A stretch of DNA of 63,976 bases, counting the filler, from Octopus bimaculoides (Eukaryota), in assembly GCF_001194135.2 (NCBI RefSeq). It is 6 parts of 6 records of this genome, joined end to end, with 100 filler letters (N's around TTAATTAATTAA, not from the genome) between each part and the next. Parts side by side here need not be neighbours in the genome. Positions count along the whole stretch, not along the records: positions 32,370 to 58,967 come from NC_068994.1; 5 more parts are not named here. One strand, written 5' to 3'. The position numbers and the translations under genes are program-made. The notes beneath the pieces were generated by a model. The model did no database searches. It was not told the origin of the DNA and was given only the letters and a program-made list of their open reading frames with translations. Shown in pieces: positions 35,048 to 47,760 of this stretch; position 1 is the stretch's first letter; each line of letters begins with the position of its first letter.

Positions 35048-35455
35048 CTTTTACTTGTTTTAGTCATTAGACTAGAGCCATACTGGGGCACTGCCTTGAA
35101 GGGTTTTTAGTCGTACAAATTGACCTCAGGACTTATTTTTTTAAAGCTTAGTACTTATTCTATCGGGTTCTTTTGCTGAATTGCTAAGTTATGGGGACAT
35201 AAACGCGCCAACACCAGTTGTCATGTGGTGGTGGGGGACAAACACAGACACAAAGGCACACACACAGATATACATATACAGGTATATATATGACAGGTGT
35301 CTTTTAGTTTCCGTCTACCAAATCCACTCGCAAGTCTTTGGTTGGCCCAAAGCTAAAGTAGAAGACACTTGCCCAAGATGCCATACAATGGGACTGAACC
35401 CATAGCCATTTGGTTGGGATGCAAACTTCTTACCACTCAGCCATGCCTGCACCTA
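35048..35455 (-). mobile_element. SINE family A (full length)
   Basis: Reverse complement of 5014-5417 with CpG decay. Confidence 0.8.
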
Positions 35456-35664
35456 TTAGTTAAATTTCTTTTAATGTAAAAAAAATCGTGTTGAACGTGA
35501 AAGGGGTTTTTTCTGACTTTACACTTGACAAAAGTAAACAAAGGATATATGAGAAAATTTACCTCTGAACTTTATATATCTTACAAATAGTTATGTTGAA
35601 ACATTAATAAATTATGTTCTTGTTCACACCACAATAACTTGCCATGAAAAGTCAGTTATCCATA

Positions 35665-35833
35665 TAGGTGCCGGCATGGCTATGTGGTAAGAACCTTGCT
35701 TCCTGACCACATGGCTCTGGGTTCAGTCTCATTACATGGCATCTTGGACAAGTGTCTTCTACTATAACCTTGGGCCCACCACAGCCTTGTGAGTGGATTT
35801 GGTTGACAGAAACAGAAAGAAGCTCATCATGTG

Positions 35834-35869
<36 letters not shown>

Positions 35870-36015
35870 AAGAGAGAGAGAGAGAGAGGCTGATAGAATA
35901 AGTACCAGGCTTAAAAAGTAAGTACTGGGGTCAAGTCATTCGATTAACATTCGTCAAGGCAGTGCCCCAGCATGGCCACAGTCTAATGACTGAAACTAGT
36001 AAAAGATAAAAGATA
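35665..36015 (+). mobile_element. SINE family A (internally deleted)
   Basis: Head and tail match family A; middle replaced by TA/TG/GA tracts. Confidence 0.75.
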
Positions 36016-36059
36016 AAAGAAATATGTAGAATTGATTTTAGTATTTGATAAATAGAAAT

Positions 36060-38100
36060 CACTTGGTATAGCAGACAATGAAGTTTTGAAAAATGGCAAC
36101 ATCTTAAAAGATTAATTAGATTAAACACGATTTTAAGGAATGCAAGAATTAGGTTCTTGTGGTCATGATGAAAGTGAGTTATCTGAAACAGGGTTAACTG
36201 CATTGAATTAGCCTTCTGTGTTGCTGATTTTGATGAAAATTTACAAAATCATTTAAAAATCAATACTGTTTTTAAAGGACTGTCATCAACAATTCATAAC
36301 AATCAGATCCATTCAATTAGTCCTTGTCTTTCAGACCAATTTAAAAAGGAAATTACGGAATGTATTCTTTTATTCTTTTACTGGTTTCAGTCATTTGACT
36401 GCCTTTAGTCGAACAACTCAACCTCAGGACTTATTCTTTGTAAATCTAGTACTTATTCTATTGGTCTCTTTTGCTAAACCACTAAGTCACAGGGGACATA
36501 AACGCACTAACATCGGTTGTCAAGCGATGATGGGGTGACAAACACAGACGTACAAACATATACATATACATATTTATAAACAACGAGCTTCATTCAGTTT
36601 CCATCTACCAAATCCACTGACAAGGTTTTGGTCGGCTTGAAGCTATAGCAGAAGACACTTGCCAAAAGTGCCACACAGTGGGACTGAACCTGGAACCATG
36701 TGATTGGTAAGCAAGCTACTTACCACACAGCCACTCCTGCACCTGTGTATGTTGCTATTTTAAAGGATGACATTACTGATGTAAGTTGCTTGTCTCATCT
36801 TTCATCTGTTGTGTACCAAATTTGTTCATGGAAATGAACAAATTTGTGAAAGATTTCTTGGGTTTTCTGATATTAGTGTTGATAGAAGTGCTTGGGCTAT
36901 TTTGGATTTAGCTATCAAAGGCTTTAGCTGAGTTTGGCTGGTTAATAAAATTGGTTGCTCAAACATACAGTAGTGCTGTTCTCATGGCAAGTGAACGTAA
37001 TGGTGTTCAGGCAAAAGATTGAGAGAGAATATCAGAAGCTATTTTCTGCTCTTTTATGTTCGCAATCTTAATTTTGTTTTTTAAGTCAAACTGTTTTTCA
37101 CATTCCTGAGTGCAATACATGCTTTTCTATATTAGATCATATGTCATCATTTTTTAGCAGCAAACTTCTTTGCTAGATGCTTTTGTGGTAAAACACTCCC
37201 CCAAATCTTGCTCCAACATGATGAAAGTATTTGTCTCAATTGTTAAAATTGTTAAAGAGAACATAGAAAACATAGAATGTCGTATTGATATTTTTTTTAA
37301 AAATCCAAAAAAGTTTTGATGCAAAAATGAAAAATGATGTAAGAAGGTTTTCAGCAAATCTTGGAACATTTCAATTTAATTTTTACAAAACATATTTTCT
37401 TACATTTTCCAATTAACTGAACACCTTTTTAAAAACTTGCAATCAAAATCTTTGAATATTGTTTCTAGCTGTGTTACTATTGAAAGATGATGATGATGAT
37501 GATATTTGGAATTTGGTGGAAGAAAAGTATGGTGCCTCATCTTCTAGAAAAAGGAAAAAAATCTTTCACATCAAGAATGTTATTGAAAACTTTTCTCCAA
37601 AATATTTAATTATATTATTATCCAGATAAAAGAGTGGTTTACATCAATGGAAAATTTAGAGTTTATCAAACTATTAGACTGTCAACAATGTACGTTATAT
37701 GATAAAGCTTTTCCCAGAGAGAGAGCCTTCCAATCTCTGAAACAGAACTATTCTTCATTTTTTTGATTTTGTCTGTCTCAGGTCTGAATTAATTATTTTG
37801 TAATCTTGTAAATTTTTCACCAAAACTAATATTGAAGAGTTCCTTATATATCTGTTAGAAAATGAAATACATAATGATTTTCCCCAAGCACATAAACAAA
37901 TCAATTTTATTTTAACTTTACCAATTTCAGCTTCATCTATTGCATTTTCTTTTTCTGTCCTTAAAAGAATAAAAACTTATCTGCATAATATCCCAAATCA
38001 AGAAAGGCTAGCAGATGTTGCAGAACTATCATTTGCAAAAATCTATATGAAGAAAATAATAGAAAAGCAAGGAGATTCTCATTCTCTTGGCTTAAAAGAG
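36060..38100 (+). mobile_element. Degenerate hAT transposase (ZMYM1-like), interrupted by a SINE
   Basis: Fragments CGHDESELSETG, DDITDVSCLSHLSSV, ICERFLGFSDISVDRSA, KLVAQTYSSAVLMASERNGVQAK match the FRGHDES / DETTD / ERFLGF / QTYDGA motifs; many stops. Confidence 0.8.
36368..36745 (-). mobile_element. SINE family A (full length) inserted in the hAT remnant
   Basis: Reverse complement of family A. Confidence 0.8.
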
Positions 38101-38199
38101 TTTTAACATAAGACTTGCAGAGAAGTGTTTCAGTTTGAGTAAATTACTTATTTTATACCCATGCAACTTGATAATAAGTCACTGCAAACTAATTGTCAT

Positions 38200-38970
38200 G
38201 TAATTTTGCATGAAAATATATATGTGGTGGTGATTAATGTCAGCAAGACTTGTGTCGTTTGGAAAAAGTGACAGGAAGGGTACAGCAAAATTGTCATGGG
38301 GAGTGGAGTATCCAACATTTTGGACAGAGTCTTTCTTAAAGGTAAAGATGACAGGGAAGAAAAATAAAATAAAAATTAGTTTTACATCCTGCTTGCTTAA
38401 AAAACTGGCTTCACCTGATGACAAGACAAGGTGTACTTGCATACACAGAAAGGAAGTAGTAGGAGAAAGAGAAATAAAAAGTGGAAGAGAAATAGGCAAA
38501 GGTGAAGGGCAGGGAAAAATTGCAGTGAGAGAGAAGCTGAAGGATAAGAATGGGATTACAGAACTAAGTGGGGTGGAAGAGGAGAAGGGAATATATCTAT
38601 TAAAACCCATTGGTGACATGGTACTGAGTTTGAACATGAAACATAGTTCCTTTTTCAATTCTTTGAGTGTGCAAATCTATGATATGCAGAAATGTTGCAC
38701 ACTGATAAATGTGAAATAGAATGCCACATTGTGTTGAAGTGGTTAGCAACAATACATAATAGTGTGATTCAAATGTGCTTCCAAAAGTGATCAGCAAGGT
38801 AACATCCTGTTACTCCAATGTAAAATGCACCATAGAGTTTGCAGATGTTGCATTCTGTGAGACTGGAAGATGTGTAGCAAAAGTTCTATGTAATGTGGTA
38901 CTGTGCCTTAGGCCCAGTGGTGTCTGTAGCATTGTTAATGTAGGGACAGGTGTTGCATTGTTGGTGAGTG
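38200..38970 (-). mobile_element. Possible LINE endonuclease-region remnant
   Basis: LADINHHH resembles the APE motif GDFNAHH; otherwise highly decayed. Confidence 0.3.
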
Positions 38971-38977
38971 TCTTGTG

Positions 38978-39305
38978 CAGGCCTGGCCAACTCGAATTAA
39001 ATTGTGGGCCACTTTAATTACAGAAAGGTTTTTAGGGGACGCTTGTATACTGACAGAATTGAAAGCATTTTGCTTCCTCACGCTATTATTACAATAATGA
39101 ATGAATGATCATTGATTCAATATGAAATATCATTGCAAAAACAGTAATATCTTCCTTTTTTACTTTTCATTACAAACTTTAATTTTTGATAAAATTTAAA
39201 AAATGTTTGTTGGAATAAACCTATTTCAAGAAAGTATCAAGTGGAGTGCAAGATAAAAGTCTGTGGGCCACATGCAGCCCACGAGCCCCAGGTTGGCCAG
39301 CCCTG
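38978..39305. mobile_element. hAT-family MITE
   Basis: 14-bp TIRs CAGGCCTGGCCAAC / GTTGGCCAGCCCTG (13/14) and perfect 8-bp TSD GTCTTGTG (38970-38977, 39306-39313). Confidence 0.92.
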
Positions 39306-39719
39306 GTCTTGTGTATGATTCAGGCTGGGTACTATGGAGCTTCTAACTAGGACTTTGCTGAGGTTCCAATCTTTTTTTGAAGATAAAGAGAAATGGTGCA
39401 GGAAAGATTGGAACAACTGTGGGATTGGTCTGAAAGTAGGATTTGGAAGGTGCAGATGAGTGTTTATTTTCCTATACTGGTTGGTTTCTTATTTGAGGCA
39501 ATATTAACATCTTTTTCAACTAAGTGATTTTTCTATTCCACTAAACTTCAAAAGTGCAGAGCTACAAAATGTTCACTAAATTTAAACAAAAAGGTACTTT
39601 TTTGTGTTCATGCAAACAAACAGAAGTGCATTCACTGAGATTGCAACTAAGAACATAAGAAGTTGTCAAGCTAACTTCTTAATTACACAGCCATGTCAGC
39701 ATCTTTCCTTCTTTCTCTT

Positions 39720-39778
<59 letters not shown>

Positions 39779-40430
39779 NNNNNNNNNNNNNNNNNNNNNN
39801 NNNNNNNNNNNNNNNNNNNNNNNNNNNNNNNNNNNNNNNNNNNNNNNNNNNNNNNNNNNNNNNNNNNNNNNNNNNNNNNNNNNNNNNNNNNNNNNNNNNN
39901 NNNNNNNNNNNNNNNNNNNNNNNNNNNNNNNNNNNNNNNNNNNNNNNNNNNNNNNNNNNNNNNNNNNNNNNNNNNNNNNNNNNNNNNNNNNNNNNNNNNN
40001 NNNNNNNNNNNNNNNNNNNNNNNNNNNNNNNNNNNNNNNNNNNNNNNNNNNNNNNNNNNNNNNNNNNNNNNNNNNNNNNNNNNNNNNNNNNNNNNNNNNN
40101 NNNNNNNNNNNNNNNNNNNNNNNNNNNNNNNNNNNNNNNNNNNNNNNNNNNNNNNNNNNNNNNNNNNNNNNNNNNNNNNNNNNNNNNNNNNNNNNNNNNN
40201 NNNNNNNNNNNNNNNNNNNNNNNNNNNNNNNNNNNNNNNNNNNNNNNNNNNNNNNNNNNNNNNNNNNNNNNNNNNNNNNNNNNNNNNNNNNNNNNNNNNN
40301 NNNNNNNNNNNNNNNNNNNNNNNNNNNNNNNNNNNNNNNNNNNNNNNNNNNNNNNNNNNNNNNNNNNNNNNNNNNNNNNNNNNNNNNNNNNNNNNNNNNN
40401 NNNNNNNNNNNNNNNNNNNNNNNNTATATA

Positions 40431-40825
40431 AAGGGCATTACTACAGAATAATGCCACACACTAGACTTCCCAAATAAACACATTTTAGTACCGAATGCGA
40501 GGAAAAACAACTTTCGATAGAAACCAACATTTAAAAAAAAAAACTCAACTATGTATCGACCAATTTCACGATTACCAGAATGAAATCTAGTTTCCGCTCG
40601 TCAGCATAGTATAATATCAATATATATACATAAACAGAATGCTCACCTTACCAAAACGAACACCTCTGTATCCGACCAAGTAAAGGGAATGATGCTTATC
40701 TATTTACATCTCTTTAGAAAAAAGATGTTGGTTTCTATCGAAAGTTGTTTTCCCTCGCCATTCGGTACTAAAATGTGTTTATTTGGGAAGTCTAGTGTGT
40801 GGCATTATTCTGTAGTAATGCCCTT
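40431..40825. mobile_element. Young foldback/MITE with ~100-bp TIRs inserted in a (TA)n tract
   Basis: 40431-40530 and 40725-40825 are reverse complements with one indel and one substitution; TA on both flanks; 194-nt spacer; CpGs retained. Confidence 0.8.
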
Positions 40826-40951
40826 TATATATATATATAAACGAATAAGTATATTCTTGGGAATAGAAATTTCCCTTACGAATTCTTTTACACACTAGCT
40901 TCCTGATAAAATTCTTATAAAAGATTTTTATCCTATTTTGATTTTATTAAC

Positions 40952-40994
<43 letters not shown>

Positions 40995-41089
40995 NNNNNN
41001 NNNNGAGAGAGAGAGAGAGAGAGAGAAAGAGATACACATGCTAGGGTATATAAAAAATTATACACACTCATGTTTATGTACTTATTAAA

Positions 41090-41570
41090 ACAAAAGCAGG
41101 GGTTGAACAGTTATATCATTTTTCAATATAGTCTCCTTCTTTTCAACAAGTTTGTTTATTCCATTGGAAAAGAAGGTTTTTGGCTGGTCATGCAGCCATT
41201 TATGCACTGCTTCCTGTGCTTCTTCATCTGTACCAAATTGACAACCTCATAAAGGATATTTGAGCAGTCCAAAGAGGGGATAATCAGGAGGGGTTAGATC
41301 AAAACCCCATTTTTCAATGATTTCAACAGTGTGGGTGGTCATATGTGGGCATGCATTGTTATGTAACAATAACACTTGCTTTGACTATAGACCTCAGCAT
41401 TTGGTATAAATTGCTGGTTTGTGTTTGCTGGGTATTCTAGATAAGAGGGACAATGTTATTATCTCTTTTCATGATGGCAACTGTCATTTTTGATGGCCAA
41501 TGTTTTGATCTTTTCCCAATTTCAAATAGAACCAGTTGTATGTTATTTATATGTAGGGACATAGGTACAA
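41090..41570 (-). mobile_element. Mariner transposase remnant
   Basis: Minus strand DLTPPDYPLFGLLK...AQEAVHKWLHDQPKTFFSNGINKLVE. Confidence 0.8.
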
Positions 41571-41607
41571 GATTATTTTCTTGATATATATATATATATA
41601 TATATAT

Positions 41608-42535
41608 ACTAGCTGACGTACCTGGTCATTCCTGGGAAAGTGGGGCTTATCCCTTAGTTCCATTCTCATAATTGTTTCGCTAATCCAGTAACAACAATAC
41701 AAACTATGTAGTCCTTTGAACAGTTTTTGTGCATTTATTGAGATTACTGAACTGTCTTACACAGGATCTTGTTTTTAGGAATTCCCAATAAGTTATGAAT
41801 ACCCAAATTGTGAAGTCAGTTATGTTATAACATGAAATTAATTACCCGATTGTAAGAATTCAAATAAAGTAGCCCCGAAAAGGGCTTTAATACGTTCCCA
41901 GAGTATATAGAACTGAGGAGGAAATACTAATAAAGTATGTATGCTAAAAGCGTGAAGGATGTTACGTAATAACAGGCTAATCAGATATGACATAGTAATT
42001 CAAAGTAAATAACTCTGAAAAATGCTTTTGTGTGTTCACAGAGAATATTACCCTGAGCAGCGCTAGTTTTGGTTATTCATGAATAAGTCACTAACCAAAA
42101 TAAGTGGATCTATTGTTTAGCAAAAATACTATTTACTTGTTTAAGCGTTGTAGTGGATAAATTACGAAAATAACTCAAATAGTTCAAATATTAAGAAATA
42201 AACATATTCAATTTGATTTATACGAAATAATTTACGAACATGAATGAGTTATTTCCCTTGGCTATGTATAAGGATCCCTTTCAGGAGCGAATGGGTTACT
42301 TCCCTTGGATGTTTAAAAATAATATAGTAGTTATATGTAGTAGATATAGGAATCCCTTCCAGAGGCCCTATTATCAATTTTTTTCAACAATCTAAGTATG
42401 TCACCAGTTTTCCAGACGTGTATTCTACTCACATGTCAAGTTTCATCAAAATCAATGACACATTGTAGGAGGAGTTAGATAACAACGCCACAAACAAACA
42501 CACCCACAGATTTCCACATATGTGGTAGATTATCT
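41608..42535 (+). mobile_element. Helitron-like non-autonomous element (Lep1/HINE-type architecture)
   Basis: Starts (TA)n-ACTAGCTGAC..., ends AAGTTTCATCAAAATC...GGAGGAGTTAG...ACAAACAAACACAC...; resemblance from memory of such elements. Confidence 0.55.
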
Positions 42536-42621
42536 GAATTTCATACTATTAGGTATCCATCACAGCTGGTCTTAAAAATTTATATGTGTGCATCCTCTCC
42601 CTGACTTATGGTCTCTTAGAC

Positions 42622-42952
42622 CAGTGCTTCTCAAACTATCTGATGTGGCATACCGGCAGTTTTTTTTTCCAGTGTGCCAGGGACCGGTAATATTTCTTAG
42701 TAATATTAATTTATACCCGAACCAATATATATAATGAATATAATAAAAGTTGACAATTTCTTTATCTTATATTTATTTTGTAAACAAATAATACAGTAAT
42801 AATAAGCTGATAAGTTGTTTACTGCAGTGCATAAGACAAAATTACTGAAATTATGCTATTGTTTCTTTCTTTTCTGGAAACTCGCTGCGTACCGACAGCT
42901 GATGGCTTGCAGACCGGCACCAGTCCGCGGACCACCACTTTAAGTAGCACTG
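42622..42952. mobile_element. hAT-Charlie MITE
   Basis: Ends CAGTGCTTCTCAAA / TTTAAGTAGCACTG; 8-bp TSD TCTTAGAC / TCTTAGAT. Confidence 0.88.
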
Positions 42953-43049
42953 TCTTAGATGACTCAAACACATTTGTGATTGTGTCTTTGTATTGCTAAA
43001 GGGGACAGTATTAAAATGACCCCCATTGGAATATGTATTCATAGAGGCA

Positions 43050-44650
43050 ATGCTTGATTTGGTGGCAGTATCTAAATCTGCACATAGATAACAGTTAGGT
43101 TTAAAAAATATAAGGAAGAATGAAGTGTGATATTTTTGTAGACATGAGCATTGTTGGAGGTGACAGCAAGTATGTCACTGATGTATAGGAATAAGTATGG
43201 AAATAAAATCAGACTTTGGTGCACACCTGAGTTGACTGTTGATTAGAAAGAGCTCCATCAGCAAATATTAGTTTTATTTGAGTGGAAACCTCCAATCCAA
43301 AAGATGAGAGATGGAAAGAAGCATTAGGAAAATAGTTTTGAATTTTTCACATACCAAACACAGATACCTTACTAATGTCAAGCACATGTTTACTCCAATT
43401 TTTTTGAGGGTGAGTGTCTTGGGGTGTAATATAGGAAGAAAAGTAAATCTTCAAGAGATCTGGTTGATAATGGCTGTCTCCTTTACTTTTGAGATGTTGA
43501 AAGTGAGAATGATCAGTCAACAGTTAGCAAAGTCAGAGAGGTTACTTCTCTTGGGAATGGAATAATGTAGCATTTCTCCAAAGATTAGGATAAATTCTTG
43601 TTTAGAAAGAGACTTTGTTGGAAACAGAGGCTAGATTTTTGAGTGCATTTTTAGAGCTAGTAGAAAGGACATCATCAGGAGTGGTGGCCTTGTTAACTTG
43701 AAGTGACTGGAGGTTCTTTCACAAGTGGCATTTATGTGTAGTTGGTGGTGAGCCTGGTAGAGTGAAGAGGGAAACGAGGAGTTTTACCTGGTGTTTGCAG
43801 TTTGGTGTTGGATGCAAATAGGGAATTCTTCATGGTTGTGAATTGGAGCAAAGGGAGATTCTATAAAGTCAGTAGAGATTCATTTGGCAAAGGACTAAGA
43901 ACAGACATTGGCTTCAGTTGGGGATGTAGGAGAGATTGTGACCCACGAAAGCATACTTTGTGTCTTTGAGGATGGTGTAAAAGCACTATAGTTTGTAGTG
44001 GTGGGTGATATTCCAAGCATTGTAGACTTGTGTTCTTTGTTTAAACTGCTGCAGCAACACAGCTATGGATGATCTACATGTGGAAGATTTATTTGAAGTT
44101 ATGGTTTTGGGTACATATGGGATGTTGAAGGACTTGCTTATAAGGATAGTTTCAGTTGTTTGCATAGCTATCTTGGATGGGTATTGGGTGATGTACATGT
44201 ACTGCCAGGGATTGTTAGTATTAGGACTAGCAGAGCACTGATGAGTTGACTGATTTGAAGCACCATAGGATTTGGAAAACAAAAGGAGTCTTTGCATAAT
44301 ATGTAGATGTGTGGCTGGTGATTAAGATAAAGCAGGTGAATGACTTGATAGGTACAAAGAATGATGGTTGATAGATTCTGGTTTTGGAAATGAGAAAGAG
44401 ATCAAGGTTCTTTGCTATGAAAGTACATTTATCAGGACAGGAGTACTTGTAGGAAATGGAACTAAGTGTTGTAAAGAGGTGAGGATTGCAAAATAAATCA
44501 GTTTCTGAACTTACAGCATCAGTTTGGTGCAAGAGTTAAGAGTGGCAGATGTTGAGGTCACTGTGGATGAAAGTATGGGATGAAGTGAGGGTATGTCTTT
44601 GATACAGAAAGAGTTATGGTCAAAAAACTATTAGTGGTTGGAGGAATCAG
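43050..44650 (-). mobile_element. Degenerate LINE ORF2 (RT region)
   Basis: Minus strand PSLIFWIGGFHSN...VNSGVHQSLILFPYLFLYISDILAVTSN, a decayed WI.SFL.NR...GVPQGSVL.P.LF.L.INDL motif. Confidence 0.7.
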
Positions 44651-44779
44651 AGAGTAGTAGAGGAAACTTTATATCAACTAAAAAATGGAACTTCACACCT
44701 GAGTAATTAGAAATCCTTTCTACTGATATTCAGGTAAGAGAGGCAAGTGGCAGGAGATGTAGAATCAACATGTGTGCAG

Positions 44780-45400
44780 ATACTATTTATTCAAGTGAAA
44801 TTTAAATAAAACCCACTTTTCCACCTGGATTTTCGCAGCACAGACTTCCAGTTATTCTGGGTCAGTTTCTCTTCATCTAAGTTGAACTGCTGTCTCTGCT
44901 GCTTTTTGAACCCCTTTAACCACCACCACTTGTTTGATTATCTCATTCTACACTGAAAATATCTTAATTACTTCACCTGTCTAAGTCATCATCCTTAATA
45001 CTTCAGTGTATACACAACTTGTCTTTGCTCTCACTCCAATGTTGCTAGCCTAGAAGGTGAATCATTTGCATTCTGATTTGTCCGCATCAGTTTCAACATC
45101 TCCCTGTTTCCCTGACTTACTGACACATCAAATATCTTTCAACTCTTTCTCAATTCTGAAGCCAAACTTCAGTATCTGCACTCATTGAATTATCTGACCA
45201 CTGCTTACCTAATCTAGGCAAGACACTTCACCTTTTCTTGCTGCACAACATACCCTAGCCCTTGAATTTGCTACTACTTGTCACAACTGGTTTGAGTTTT
45301 GCCAATTCTTTGTTAACTGTCCCTGGAAACAAATGTCCTTCACCTGATTCATCTCAGTAACTGAGCAAGTTACCCAAACCATTTTCTTTAGTAGGTTCTT
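44780..45400 (-). mobile_element. RTE-like LINE remnant
   Basis: Decayed region resembling the pre-RT part of the RTE family seen at 32370 and 49440. Confidence 0.45.
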
Positions 45401-46104
45401 CACATCTCACAGAAAACCAAAGCTCATAATCATAAAACCCACAAATGGTTCACTAATAACAGTAGCACAGACAAAGAACACTAGTGGGAGTCATCCATTC
45501 ACACAACTGACCAGGCTATCAGATGTTGTTATACATTGCTGGTCACTATGTCTTTTTGTATTGTTTTAGCCTCCAAATGATGCCACCCTGCTGGCTAGGT
45601 GAGCAGGCCAGCATTCTTCCCTGATCAAAAGTGGACTGGAGCAATGTGAAATGAAGTGTTTTGCTCGAGAATGCAATGCGCCACCCAATTAGGAAATTGA
45701 ACCCATGATCTAGCAGCCATGAGTGCAACAGCCTAACCACTATTTCTACTAAATGTCAGGCATTAACCCACTCCGCAAAGCATACAAAATAAATAACCAT
45801 CAAAAATGCAAAAGGTGCACAACTTGTGAGTTTTCTCACCCCTCATATTATTGCAGAATTTTGAATCCTATTTCTTGCTTCCCAAATAAAATGGCCCTAC
45901 AAGTAACCATATGTTGGTCAATTTTCTTCTAGCTCTACATTGCATGCACACAAATTTTGTTAATGTTCTACACATGCAAAAACCTTCATAGTCACTTGAA
46001 GCTAACAAGGTAATAGATTCTAATGGTCCTGCTTCCATTACCCTCAAACTGTTGGATTCAAAGCCAGTTCCTATCCTGATCAACTTCAGTCTTTCTCTAT
46101 CACT

Positions 46105-46140
<36 letters not shown>

Positions 46141-46259
46141 AGAGGAAGAGACAGACAGAGAGAGAGTAGAAATTGATATCTGCTTATTACCTTACAAATA
46201 TGGTAAACTGAAGGATATGAAAATAAATTCTTAGGGAACTCCTCCTTTGAAGAGGCTTC

Positions 46260-46302
46260 CCTGGGAATGTTACATGTGATAAACACATGTAACATTCCCA
46301 GG
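46260..46302. repeat. Perfect 19-bp inverted repeat with 5-nt loop
   Basis: CCTGGGAATGTTACATGTG-ATAAA-CACATGTAACATTCCCAGG. Confidence 0.95.
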
Positions 46303-46505
46303 TAATGCTATACCTCTTTCTTTAAAGCTAAATTATCTCTGGCATGCAGAATTAAAACACCCAGTTAAATGATTGCAGAAGATATTAACTCCTAATATAC
46401 AAACTGAAAAGCATTTTAATCTGTTAGCTATTTTGATCCTATTTGTCAAACATTTTGGAACTCTGTTGAAATATGTTACAAAGAACTGAGATCTTTCCTT
46501 TCTAG

Positions 46506-46689
46506 GTTCCCTGGCTTCACAGTCCCTACCTGAAGAGGCACAGAGAAGTTTAGATAATCAGTATAAACAGACCATAGAGAAAAAATCTCCATATTCTATC
46601 TGGAATGTTATGTGGTTGCTTACAGCTATGGCAACATTTTACTACTCTGACTTCTATCCAGCATTACTGTATGACACACGCATAAACAG
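46506..46689 (+). CDS. TMEM128: Transmembrane protein 128, internal coding exon
   Basis: Acceptor CTTTCCTTTCTAG; (G)SLASQSLPEEAQRSLDNQYKQTIEKKSPYSIWNVMWLLTAMATFYYSDFYPALLYDTRIN-R; GTAAGT donor at 46690; aligns to human FWILASIVVTYYVDFF as recalled. Confidence 0.9.
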
Positions 46690-46849
46690 GTAAGTGGTGC
46701 ATACTAATTGTTTAACTGTATTACTTTTACTACACAAGGACCTTATAGTTGCTGTACACAACAGAGTCATAACTTGGTGACTGACTTGAGGACAAAAATT
46801 GCCGTGCTATATATGACACTCTGACCATTGCCAACAGATATCACACTGG

Positions 46850-47760
46850 AATTGCTCTCAAGAGAAAGAAAACATAAACTTTTGCTTCTAGTAAAAAGGT
46901 TACAAAGGCCAGGCAGGATTGAAGAAAGCAGTCCTGAAACATCAGTCTACTTCCAGTCAGAATATTGAAAGCAACCTTGGTTCATCTAAAGTCCTACTTG
47001 ATGAATCATACAAGGAGGCACTAGAAGCACACATTCAATCCAAAACTGATGAACTCAACAGCTCCCTCCAACTGAGAACAAGCACACCACTACCTGGGCA
47101 GTTCTTAGGGAACTTACCAACAAGAGAACTTGTGATCTACATTGTTGAGTGGGGAAACCATTGTGTTTTCATCACTTTAATAAATTGCAACTTGGTAACA
47201 CAGAGCTACACAATATGAAACTTGCTGATGATCCTCTCTCCAATCACAAAGTAGAAGATAGTCTACCAGTCCAGACTGGCCCAGTTACCATAGAACTTAA
47301 AACTACCTAAAAAATGTTAAGAAACAAGACACCAGGTTAGATAACATCCCAGCCATTATCCAGAAAAGGAGCTCAGAATCTTCAAGATCAGACCAAGAAC
47401 AGAGTCTTGGGGGATACCAGATGAACTGGTAAAAGAATAATGGCTATTTAAATGCTTCATTCGTCCAGAAAAGTTTCAAGAATCTTAAGAATCCTTCCAG
47501 AAATTCAATGACTTAAGCTTGTGGTGGAGATCAGTATGTCAAATTCTTTGAATATGTAAAGAGCAACAATATTTGTCTCACCACAATTATCTAAAGTATT
47601 GTAGAACATTCACCATCAAAAGATCATCAGTAGTGTGAAAAATAATTTCATTAATGAAGGCTTCTACTGCTTACAGTGGTAAACTGCAGTGATCATGGAT
47701 ACCAAATAATGCTGGTGGCAGGGCACAAACCAGCCAGTAGTTCATTTTATCAGCTTCCCT
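46850..47760 (+). mobile_element. Decayed LINE RT-region remnant in TMEM128 intron
   Basis: KTPG*DNIP resembles KAPG.D.IP; downstream FVKFF-like motif; many stops. Confidence 0.4.

Noticed and set aside
40590-40612. Minus-strand CTGACGA-GCG-GAAA
   Set aside because: Only 3 nt between cores and no UH triplet.
45578-45596. ATG...CTAG|GTGAGC as TMEM128 exon 1 (phase 1 fits)
   Set aside because: Lies within an antisense SINE-like segment; peptide MPPCWL has no resemblance to TMEM128.
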